From Clostridiales bacterium GWD2_32_19 (GTDB taxonomy: Bacteria > Bacillota > Clostridia > Lachnospirales > UBA12420): DNA of 64,000 nucleotides. The notes beneath the pieces were generated by a model. The model was given only the letters and a program-made list of their open reading frames with translations, was not told the origin of the DNA and did not search any database. Made by a program: the position numbers and the translations under genes. This document shows positions 54,655-62,577 of the stretch, in pieces. The stretch lies in NCBI GenBank assembly GCA_001795385.1, contig MGOU01000022.1:33566-97565 (forward strand), given 5' to 3'. Every line of letters starts with the position of its first letter. Positions within the stretch are counted from its first letter, which is position 1.

Positions 54655-55616
54655 GGAAAATAGCGGGTATAAATCTTTTATGGAAGATATTTTCTGTAAT
54701 TCTTGCCATTGTTTTATGGTTTATAGTTATAAACATACAAAATCCTATAGAGACTCTAACTGTAAAAAACATCCCTATAAAACTTACAAACATGGAGAAG
54801 GTTGATAAAAATAATTTGCTTGTTACTAATAAAGGTACAGATATGGTAAAAGTGAAATTTCGTGGAAATAGGCTTGCACTAGAAAGACTCAGAAAAAATA
54901 TTTCTAGAATTAGTGCGAGTGTTGATATGCAAAATTATACAAAAGTGGGTGCTCAAAATCCTAATTCTATGCAAATTCAAATAGAATTACCAATCGAATT
55001 TAAGGAATACATCAAAGTTGAGCAAAAGGATCCACAATATGTTCAAGTAATACTTGAAGAAAACAAGGAAATTAGTAAGGTTATAGAACTTGAATTTAAA
55101 AATAATGTTAAGGATGGATATGAAGTCTTAAAAGATAAGATAAAGATGAAGCCTAGTGAAGTTATTGTAGATGGAGCATCTTCTGATATAAATTCAATAG
55201 ATAAAGTAAAAGCTGAAGTGAATATGGGCGGATTACATAAAACACTGAAAACAAATGTACTTATAAAATTTTATGATATAAATAAAAATGAAATTATGGG
55301 ATTACGAGCAAATGCTAATGTAACTAATGTGGAAATACCAATAGTAAAAAATAAAACTATTACGTTTAAAACAGAGTTGTTAAACGAATTAAGAAAGCCA
55401 CTTATACTTGAAAGTATTATTTTATCACCGTCCGAGGTATTAGTTACAGGAGAAGAAGATGTTATTGATAAACTAGATTCTATTTGGAGTATACCTTTAG
55501 ATTTGTCAAATATAACACAAAGCCAAATAATTGAACAAGAGATTGTTTTTCCAGAAGGCGTGATGAATTCACAAAAAATCGGTTTTATTACGATAAATGT
55601 TAATGTAAAAAAGTAA
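54651..55616 (+). CDS. cdaR: CdaR/YbbR-domain regulator of CdaA
   Basis: N-terminal TM, repeated YbbR-like beta domains. ATGA overlap with cdaA. Confidence 0.8.
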   Translation: MRKIAGINLLWKIFSVILAIVLWFIVINIQNPIETLTVKNIPIKLTNMEKVDKNNLLVTNKGTDMVKVKFRGNRLALERLRKNISRISASVDMQNYTKVGAQNPNSMQIQIELPIEFKEYIKVEQKDPQYVQVILEENKEISKVIELEFKNNVKDGYEVLKDKIKMKPSEVIVDGASSDINSIDKVKAEVNMGGLHKTLKTNVLIKFYDINKNEIMGLRANANVTNVEIPIVKNKTITFKTELLNELRKPLILESIILSPSEVLVTGEEDVIDKLDSIWSIPLDLSNITQSQIIEQEIVFPEGVMNSQKIGFITINVNVKK

Positions 55617-55666
55617 AATAGGAAGACGAATACATTATCATAGTGAACTGAAAAAGGGGTGTAAAT

Positions 55667-57496
55667 ATGTGTGGTATTATAGGGTATATAGGTAATAGAC
55701 AATCTGATAATATATTATTAGAAGGGCTAAAAAAGCTAGAGTATAGGGGTTATGATTCTGCAGGTGTTGCAGTACATAATTCTAATAATATCAAAATAAT
55801 GAAAACAAATGGGAGAATAAAAAATCTTGAAGAAAGACTTTTGGAAAAAAGACCTGAGGGGACACTTGGTATTGGTCATACCAGATGGGCTACGCATGGA
55901 AAACCATCAGAGATTAATTCACACCCACACTCGAATAAAAGTGGTACAATAGTAGCAGTACATAATGGAATCATAGAAAACTATATTGAGTTAAAAGAAA
56001 GGTTGAAAGATCTTGGATATGAGTTTGTTTCTGAAACAGATACAGAGGTCATTGTACATTTGCTCGATTATTATTATAAAGGTGATATAGTTGATGCACT
56101 TATAAGTACTTTAAAGGAGTTGAAAGGTTCATATGCACTTGCTATAATATGTAAGGATGAGCCAGGGAAACTCATAGGTGTTAGAAAAGATAGTCCACTT
56201 ATAGCTGGAATCGGTGTTGGAGAAAACTTTTTGGCTTCGGATATACCTGCCATCTTAGAATATACAAGAGATATATACCTTTTAAATGATAATGAAATAG
56301 TTATTATTACCAGTGATGCTATTGAAGTTATAGATATTAATAAAAATAAGATAGATAAAGAAGTATACAAAGTAACATGGGATATAGTTTCAGCAGAGAA
56401 AGATGGGTATGAACACTTCATGTCAAAAGAGATAGCGGAGCAACCAAAGGTTGTGAAAGATAATTTATCTTTAAGGTTAAAGGTTGATGCCAAAACTATT
56501 AATTTAGATGGTATAAACTTAGATAAAGAGGCATTAGACAAAATTAATAAGATATATATGGTTGCCTGTGGAACCGCTTATCATGCCTCACTTGTGGGCA
56601 AGTATTTAATTGAGCGACTTGCTAGAATACCTGTCGTTGCTGATGTAGCATCAGAGTTTAGATATAGAGATCCTATTATAGATAAGAACACACTTGTTAT
56701 AGTAATATCGCAATCAGGAGAAACTGCTGACACACTTGCAGCACTTAGACTTGCAAAAGAAAAAGGAGCAAGAACAATAGGTATAGTAAATGTAGTTGGA
56801 AGTACCATTGCAAGAGAATGTGATGATATATTATATACCCTTGCTGGACCTGAGATAGCAGTAGCATCAACAAAAGCATACTCAGCACAGCTTATAGCTA
56901 TGTATTTGATTTCATGCTATATTGCAACACAAAAGGGTTATATTTCGGAAGAAGAATTTATTATGTTTAGGAACTCACTTCTTGCAATAAGTGATAATAT
57001 AAAACAAATTTTAAAAGGTGAAGATAAAATAAAAGAAATAGCAAATAAATATAAGACATGTGACAATGTGTTTTATATAGGAAGAGGACTTGACTATTTA
57101 GTGGCAAGAGAAGGATCTTTGAAATTAAAGGAAGTTGCATATATACATAGCGAGGCTTATGAAGCAGGAGAATTAAAACATGGTCCAATAGCATTAATAC
57201 ATGATAATACTTTGGTTGTAGGTATTGCAACGGACGAACACTTATTTGAAAAGACAATGAGCAACCTAAAAGAAGTGAAGGCAAGAGGAGCAAAAATATT
57301 AGCAATCACATTAGAAGGAAAAGAAGAAATAATGGATGTAGCAGATGATGTTATTTATATACCAAATACAGAGTGGATATTTACTTCAATACTTGCAAAT
57401 ATACCACAGCAATTAATAGCGTATCATATGTCGATACTGCTTGGACATGATGTAGATAAACCACGTAACTTAGCAAAATCAGTTACAGTGGAGTAA
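55667..57496 (+). CDS. glmS: Glutamine-fructose-6-phosphate aminotransferase
   Basis: MCGIIGYIG N-terminal nucleophile, two SIS domains, C-terminal KSVTVE. Confidence 0.97.
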   Translation: MCGIIGYIGNRQSDNILLEGLKKLEYRGYDSAGVAVHNSNNIKIMKTNGRIKNLEERLLEKRPEGTLGIGHTRWATHGKPSEINSHPHSNKSGTIVAVHNGIIENYIELKERLKDLGYEFVSETDTEVIVHLLDYYYKGDIVDALISTLKELKGSYALAIICKDEPGKLIGVRKDSPLIAGIGVGENFLASDIPAILEYTRDIYLLNDNEIVIITSDAIEVIDINKNKIDKEVYKVTWDIVSAEKDGYEHFMSKEIAEQPKVVKDNLSLRLKVDAKTINLDGINLDKEALDKINKIYMVACGTAYHASLVGKYLIERLARIPVVADVASEFRYRDPIIDKNTLVIVISQSGETADTLAALRLAKEKGARTIGIVNVVGSTIARECDDILYTLAGPEIAVASTKAYSAQLIAMYLISCYIATQKGYISEEEFIMFRNSLLAISDNIKQILKGEDKIKEIANKYKTCDNVFYIGRGLDYLVAREGSLKLKEVAYIHSEAYEAGELKHGPIALIHDNTLVVGIATDEHLFEKTMSNLKEVKARGAKILAITLEGKEEIMDVADDVIYIPNTEWIFTSILANIPQQLIAYHMSILLGHDVDKPRNLAKSVTVE

Positions 57497-57554
57497 TATA
57501 AAATCACAGTTCATAATGTAATTGTGAATTCAATTTAAAACGGAGGATATAAAT

Positions 57555-59066
57555 ATGAAAAGAATTTTAAGTTTGTTTTTAGCAATGGTAATGATGGTAA
57601 CATTATTTACAGGTTGTACAAAAGAAGAGTTAGGACTATGGAATTTAACTAAAGAAGTTAGTGAAATTAGTGTTCTTGAAGGCGATGAAAATATTGATAT
57701 TGATGCAGAACAATTATTTGATTTAATTGATAAACAAGGTGAAAAACTAGGAATGGAGTTAACAACTGAAGAAAAAGAAGTATTAAATAAAATAAGAGTG
57801 TTTTTGAAAGAAAATAGTATACAACTTCTTGTGAAGTATGATAAAGATAATATAGAAGGTACAATAGAAATAAATGTTGTTACAAAGAAAACGAGTGAAA
57901 AGAAAGCATTTACAACAGTTATATTAAAGGGTGAAAAGGTATATATAAATATAGAACAAATTGTAAGCTACTTATCAGATAGTGGATTATATAAAGCAGA
58001 TGAACTTCTAAATATTAAAGGTAAGAGTATGAAATATATGATGATAGATTTAAATGATTTAGATAATTCAAAACTGGGTGGTCTTAAATATAATATAGGT
58101 ACTGACCAAAAATTAACGGATAAATATATTGCGTTTGCAGATGAACTAATACAAGTTGTATTTAAAGATTTAACAACTAATCAAGTAGAAAAAATAGGAA
58201 CAGATAGTTATAGTATGAGTGTGAATGGTGAGGAAATGATGGATGTAGCATTTGATTCAATTATTTACTTGATAAATAATTATGATGATTTTGCAGATGC
58301 TTTTGTAGATCTTTTAAATACACTTACAGATGAAGAACTTAAAAGTCTAAATATTGGGGACTCGAGAGAAGAAATTATAGGAAGCTTTAATGAATCTAGA
58401 CAAAGTTTGAAAGAAAACAAAGATACTGCAATATCACAAATGGAAATGTCAAAACAGATGATGAAAAGCGAACAGATTAAACCTATTCTTGAGAGCATAT
58501 TAATGAAATATTCATTAGCAAAACAAAATAGCACAACATATACAGATGAGTTTAGTTTTAAAATGAATCTTACACCAACGATTAATACGATATTACAGCA
58601 GACAGGAAATACAGAAATGATAAAAGATGATTGCAATATTAGTATTGTAGCTACATCTAATATTAAAAAATCATCTAGCCTAAACATAATAGTTCCTACA
58701 GAAGGAGTAGTTAATGCGAAAGATATAAAGAAATATGCAAAACAGAAACTAAGAGTTAATATAGATCATGGTGGATATAATCAAACTATATCTGAAGTTC
58801 CTACTTTAGGGTATGAAAACCTAGATATAAAGGTAATTAATGATTTCTCTTATTTACCAGCTAGAAAAGTAGTAGAAATACTTGGGGATGAGATTAATTG
58901 GGACGATGCATCAAAGAAAGCTTATGTAGCAGTTGACGGACAAAATGTGTATTTAGAAGGCGTTATAGTAAATGATAGAACTTATATAAAGGTGAGAGAG
59001 TTAGAAAAGATAGGGTATAAAGTAAATTGGAATGAAACTTCAAGAGAAGTGGAAATAGAGAAATAG
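57555..59066 (+). CDS. Lipoprotein with C-terminal copper-amine-oxidase-like (stalk) domain
   Basis: Lipobox LFTGC. C-terminal LPARKVVEILGDEINWDDASKKAYV. Confidence 0.6.
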   Translation: MKRILSLFLAMVMMVTLFTGCTKEELGLWNLTKEVSEISVLEGDENIDIDAEQLFDLIDKQGEKLGMELTTEEKEVLNKIRVFLKENSIQLLVKYDKDNIEGTIEINVVTKKTSEKKAFTTVILKGEKVYINIEQIVSYLSDSGLYKADELLNIKGKSMKYMMIDLNDLDNSKLGGLKYNIGTDQKLTDKYIAFADELIQVVFKDLTTNQVEKIGTDSYSMSVNGEEMMDVAFDSIIYLINNYDDFADAFVDLLNTLTDEELKSLNIGDSREEIIGSFNESRQSLKENKDTAISQMEMSKQMMKSEQIKPILESILMKYSLAKQNSTTYTDEFSFKMNLTPTINTILQQTGNTEMIKDDCNISIVATSNIKKSSSLNIIVPTEGVVNAKDIKKYAKQKLRVNIDHGGYNQTISEVPTLGYENLDIKVINDFSYLPARKVVEILGDEINWDDASKKAYVAVDGQNVYLEGVIVNDRTYIKVRELEKIGYKVNWNETSREVEIEK

Positions 59067-59083
59067 AGAAATAGAGAAATAGA
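59052..59083 (+). repeat. Octanucleotide tandem repeat (gaaataga)x4
   Basis: Four perfect units spanning the stop codon at 59064-59066. Confidence 0.9.
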
Positions 59084-59133
59084 AAACCAGAAAAACTTCA
59101 AGCAAATAAAATGCTTGAAGTTTTTCTGGTTTT
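59084..59133 (+). terminator. Strong rho-independent terminator
   Basis: 20-bp perfect stem aaaccagaaaaacttcaagc / gcttgaagtttttctggttt. Confidence 0.85.
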
Positions 59134-59189
59134 AGTGTAGAATGGGGGGATAATAATTGTTAATAGTATAAAGGGAGTGGGAATAAATT

Positions 59190-60101
59190 ATGTTTGATAT
59201 ATGTTTGATTGGTACAGGTGGAATGATGCCACTACCGAATAGGTGGTTGTCATCTATGTTGGTTAGATTTAAAGGTAAGATGCTGCTTATAGATTGTGGT
59301 GAAGGGACTCAGATAAGCCTAAAGTCATTAGGGTGGGGATTTAAAAATATAGATACGATATGTTTTACACACTATCATGCGGATCATATAAGTGGTTTGC
59401 CTGGGATGCTACTCACACTCGGAAACTCTGAGAGGACGGAACCTTTGACGTTAGTGGGTCCTACAGGACTCGAGAGGGTAGTAAGTGCATTAAGAACTAT
59501 AGCTAGTGAGCTACCTTTTGATATAATATATAAAGAAATAAATACTGATGAAGTATGCGAGTTGAGACTAGACGAGTATATCTTAAAAACTTGCGGGGCA
59601 AAGCATGGGGTTCCATGTTTAGCATATAGCATTGAAACAGAAAGATTGGGTAAATTTGATATAGAGAAAGCACTCAAACTTGATTTGCCTAAGAATTATT
59701 GGAATATGCTTCAAAACGAACAAGAAGTATCATATGAAGATAAACTTTACACTCCTAGTATGGTTATGGGCGAATGTCGAAAAGGATTTAAAATAAGCTA
59801 CTGTACAGATAGCAGGCCTACAGATAATATAGTTGATTTGGCAAGAAATTCTGATTTATTTGTATGCGAGGGAATGTATGCAGAAAAAGACAAGGAAAAT
59901 AAGGCGATAGATCGAAAACATATGATGTTTTATGAAGCAGCCAAGATGGCAAAAGAGGCCGATGTTAAAGAATTATGGCTAACACATTATAGTCCTTCAC
60001 TTACTAATCCTAAAGATTATTTATATATAGCCAAAGAAATATTTGTAAATACCAAGGCTGGATATGATAGAATTATAAAAAGTATTGTGTATGAAGAGTA
60101 G
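59190..60101 (+). CDS. rnz: Ribonuclease Z
   Basis: Metallo-beta-lactamase motif HYHADHISG, typical length and N-terminus LGTGGMMP. Confidence 0.9.
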   Translation: MFDICLIGTGGMMPLPNRWLSSMLVRFKGKMLLIDCGEGTQISLKSLGWGFKNIDTICFTHYHADHISGLPGMLLTLGNSERTEPLTLVGPTGLERVVSALRTIASELPFDIIYKEINTDEVCELRLDEYILKTCGAKHGVPCLAYSIETERLGKFDIEKALKLDLPKNYWNMLQNEQEVSYEDKLYTPSMVMGECRKGFKISYCTDSRPTDNIVDLARNSDLFVCEGMYAEKDKENKAIDRKHMMFYEAAKMAKEADVKELWLTHYSPSLTNPKDYLYIAKEIFVNTKAGYDRIIKSIVYEE

Positions 60102-60111
60102 AAGGTATACT

Positions 60112-60154
60112 CAGAATAAAGTGTGCCACATATAAGGCACGACACTTTATTCTG
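60112..60154. terminator. Bidirectional terminator between convergent genes
   Basis: 13-bp perfect stem cagaataaagtgt / acactttattctg. The stop of the - strand gene lies in the right arm. Confidence 0.7.
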
Positions 60155-60764
60155 GCTTTTTATCTAACACTTCTATAAATGAAACGGATACTTCGTATGC
60201 AGTTTTTTCTGAGTATGAGGTTTCTGTCTTTTTTTGATAGCTCCTACTTTGTATTCTTCCTTTTATAGTTAAGTTGGTACCAGTGACTAAATCTTTACAT
60301 AATTCAGCATTTTTTCCCCAGACAATACAAGGAATGTAGTCAGATTTTCTGTTAGGTCTATTAACAGCAAGAAGTACATCACAAACGGTTCTATTAAGGG
60401 GAGTTTTTCTGAATATAGGTGGTTTACATAGGTAACCATTCAAAAAAACCTCATTTGAATCTGGAGTATCCTTTGAGTCACAAAAATCAATTTTTTTTGC
60501 AAATACGTTTAATGAAAGGTGTGTTGTATCTTCAGAATGAAAATTAAATGATCTATAATCACCATAAATACTAACCTTGTCTTCGGAGTTAATAGTAGCT
60601 GGATCGAACTTTTTTGATGTAATTATAATGGGTACTATGTCACTTGTTTGACTTAATCTATTAACAGATAAATTGAAGATATAATAATTATCTTCATATG
60701 ATGAATGACTAAATACAGGTGCTGATATCACTTGACCGATAAGTTTAACAATATTGTTATGCAT
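60147..60764 (-). CDS. Tandem OB-fold SSB-like protein without acidic tail
   Basis: Two SSB-like halves. The second is NEVFLNGYLCKPPIFRKTP..VCDVLLAVNR...IPCIVWGKNAE...GTNLTIKGRIQSRSY. It ends ...FIEVLDKKPE with no D/E-rich C-terminal tip. Confidence 0.65.
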   Translation of the reverse strand: MHNNIVKLIGQVISAPVFSHSSYEDNYYIFNLSVNRLSQTSDIVPIIITSKKFDPATINSEDKVSIYGDYRSFNFHSEDTTHLSLNVFAKKIDFCDSKDTPDSNEVFLNGYLCKPPIFRKTPLNRTVCDVLLAVNRPNRKSDYIPCIVWGKNAELCKDLVTGTNLTIKGRIQSRSYQKKTETSYSEKTAYEVSVSFIEVLDKKPE

Positions 60765-61407
60765 GTATTTTTTCCTCCTTAAGAAGTAATTCGACTTGCG
60801 TTATCAAATCATTTAGTTTTACATCTAGCAGTAGACAGCAAAGAAGAGATGCTAATATATTATATATTTTGCTTTCCACAGAAATATTCGTTTTTATTAA
60901 AAATTCTTGTGCTTCGAGCGTCTTGCCAGACAAGGTAGAAATACTCTTATTGATGCAAAGCATTATTTTGTTGCATGTGTAGTTTTCTTCTATACTAGAA
61001 GGGAAAAAGTCTGCATTATAGCTTAAGCCATATGAATATTTGATAGAACGTTGTTCCTTAATAAAATCCGTTTTAACGCAATTATCATAATTGTATATTA
61101 AATGATTAGCAACAATAAATTGTGTATTTAAAAATTTTTTAGTATCAGCTAAAAGCAAAAAGTCAAAACTTATTTTTTCTAGCTCTTTATGAAATACTTC
61201 ACTAGACTTTAGTTTTAAAATAACTAAATCTACTGATTCGGATTTTAAATGTGAAAAATATGCATCCAAGGTATTGCAATTTGTATCTTTCAATATTTTT
61301 TTGAAAGATACTACGATTTTAACTTTAAAAAAACTTTTTAAAATGTTATATAGCGTGACAAGAGTGTCGGAGCCCTCACCGTCTTCGATTAACCCAATTA
61401 TTTTCAT
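60757..61407 (-). CDS. Mur-ligase central-domain-like protein with degenerate P-loop
   Basis: IIGLIEDGEGSDTLVTLYNIL aligns with the IGxTGTNGKTTT position. VDLVILKLKSS and FDFLLLADTKK align with the E-SS and TN..DHLD positions. 8-nt overlap with the downstream SSB-like gene. Confidence 0.45.
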   Translation of the reverse strand: MKIIGLIEDGEGSDTLVTLYNILKSFFKVKIVVSFKKILKDTNCNTLDAYFSHLKSESVDLVILKLKSSEVFHKELEKISFDFLLLADTKKFLNTQFIVANHLIYNYDNCVKTDFIKEQRSIKYSYGLSYNADFFPSSIEENYTCNKIMLCINKSISTLSGKTLEAQEFLIKTNISVESKIYNILASLLCCLLLDVKLNDLITQVELLLKEEKIHA

Positions 61408-61519
61408 TAAATCCCCTTCTTTACAAAATCATTTTAATTTAGTATACTATCAATAAAGAATAATTATGCAAGAATGAGATTAGAATATCAGATATACCAC
61501 TTACAAAGGAGTGAAGAAC

Positions 61520-62371
61520 ATGATTGATGTAGCAGTAATAGGATGTGGACCAGCTGGAATATCAGCTGGAATAAACGCGAAGATTAGAAATAAAAATGTA
61601 AAGGTATTTGGGAATAATATTAATACAAGTTACTTATTTAAAGCTGAAAGAGTTGATAATTATTTAGGTTTCCACAAGGTGACTGGTGAAAAAATGTTGG
61701 ACAAATTCATGAAACATGCAAAAAAGGTCAAACTTGAAATAGAGGAAGGAAAGGTTTTAGAGATATATGACATGAACGGACATTACACCATTAATTTTAA
61801 TAATGAATTTGTTGATACAAAAACAATAATCATCACAACAGGACTTACTAAAAGTAAAGTATTTAAAGGTGAAGAAAACTATCTAGGTAGAGGTGTTAGC
61901 TACTGTGCTACATGCGATGGAAATCTTTATAAGGGAAAGACTGTACTAGTTATAGGAGAAAGTAATGATTCGGATGAAGAAGCACATTTTCTAAGTGAAC
62001 TAGCAAAGAAAGTATATTATATAAACAATAAAGAACATAACTTGAAGGAAGATAATATTGAATATATAGATGCTAAAGTTGAAGAGATATGTGGTGAGGA
62101 TATTGTAAAGAGCCTGAAGCATAGTGGCGGAGAAATAACTCTAGATGGTGTATTTATACTTAGACAAACAACTCCTGTATCAAAACTAATTTCGGGGTTA
62201 GAAGTTGAGAGTAATGTGATAAAGGTAACCAAAAATATGGAAACAAACATGCCCGGTATTTTCGCTGCAGGTGACTGCACAGGAAAACCATTCCAAGTGG
62301 CTAAGGCAGTTGGAGAAGGACTAGTGGCAGCGCTGAGTGCTGCGAGTTACATCGATAAGATGGAGAAGTAA
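61520..62371 (+). CDS. Thioredoxin-reductase-like flavoprotein lacking the NADPH-binding signature
   Basis: FAD motif VIGCGPAG, redox CATC, GIFAAGDC. The second Rossmann motif is VIGESNDSDEE rather than GGGxSA, and there is no HRR motif. Confidence 0.75.
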   Translation: MIDVAVIGCGPAGISAGINAKIRNKNVKVFGNNINTSYLFKAERVDNYLGFHKVTGEKMLDKFMKHAKKVKLEIEEGKVLEIYDMNGHYTINFNNEFVDTKTIIITTGLTKSKVFKGEENYLGRGVSYCATCDGNLYKGKTVLVIGESNDSDEEAHFLSELAKKVYYINNKEHNLKEDNIEYIDAKVEEICGEDIVKSLKHSGGEITLDGVFILRQTTPVSKLISGLEVESNVIKVTKNMETNMPGIFAAGDCTGKPFQVAKAVGEGLVAALSAASYIDKMEK

Positions 62372-62467
62372 ATATATTAAAACATTAACACATAAGTTTC
62401 TTTGCTGGTTTAAATAAGTAATAAAAAAAATATATAATCTTGATATTAATTTATATAGTTAATATGT

Positions 62468-62498
62468 GAAAGCATGCTAATATAGATGCTTTCTTTTT
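62468..62498 (+). terminator. Rho-independent terminator
   Basis: gaaagcat / atgctttc stem followed by a T-run. Confidence 0.7.
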
Positions 62499-62508
62499 AT
62501 TTTATGTG

Positions 62509-62537
62509 TTGCAGTAAAGAAAACAATATGTTATAAT
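62509..62537 (+). promoter_or_regulatory. Extended -10 promoter
   Basis: TTGCAG, 17 nt, TATAAT, preceded by TGT. Confidence 0.6.
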
Positions 62538-62577
62538 TTGCATGAAAAGAAACAACGAATGGAAGGATGTAAAACAT

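Noticed and set aside
54560-54805. 81-aa + strand ORF and 71-aa - strand ORF at the cdaA/cdaR junction.
   Set aside because: They are alternative frames of the cdaA 3' end and cdaR 5' end. They have no independent signals, while cdaA-cdaR coupling by ATGA overlap is clear.
55617-55666. A glmS ribozyme upstream of glmS.
   Set aside because: Only 50 nt separate cdaR and glmS. That is too short for the ribozyme core, and no conserved ribozyme sequence is recognisable.
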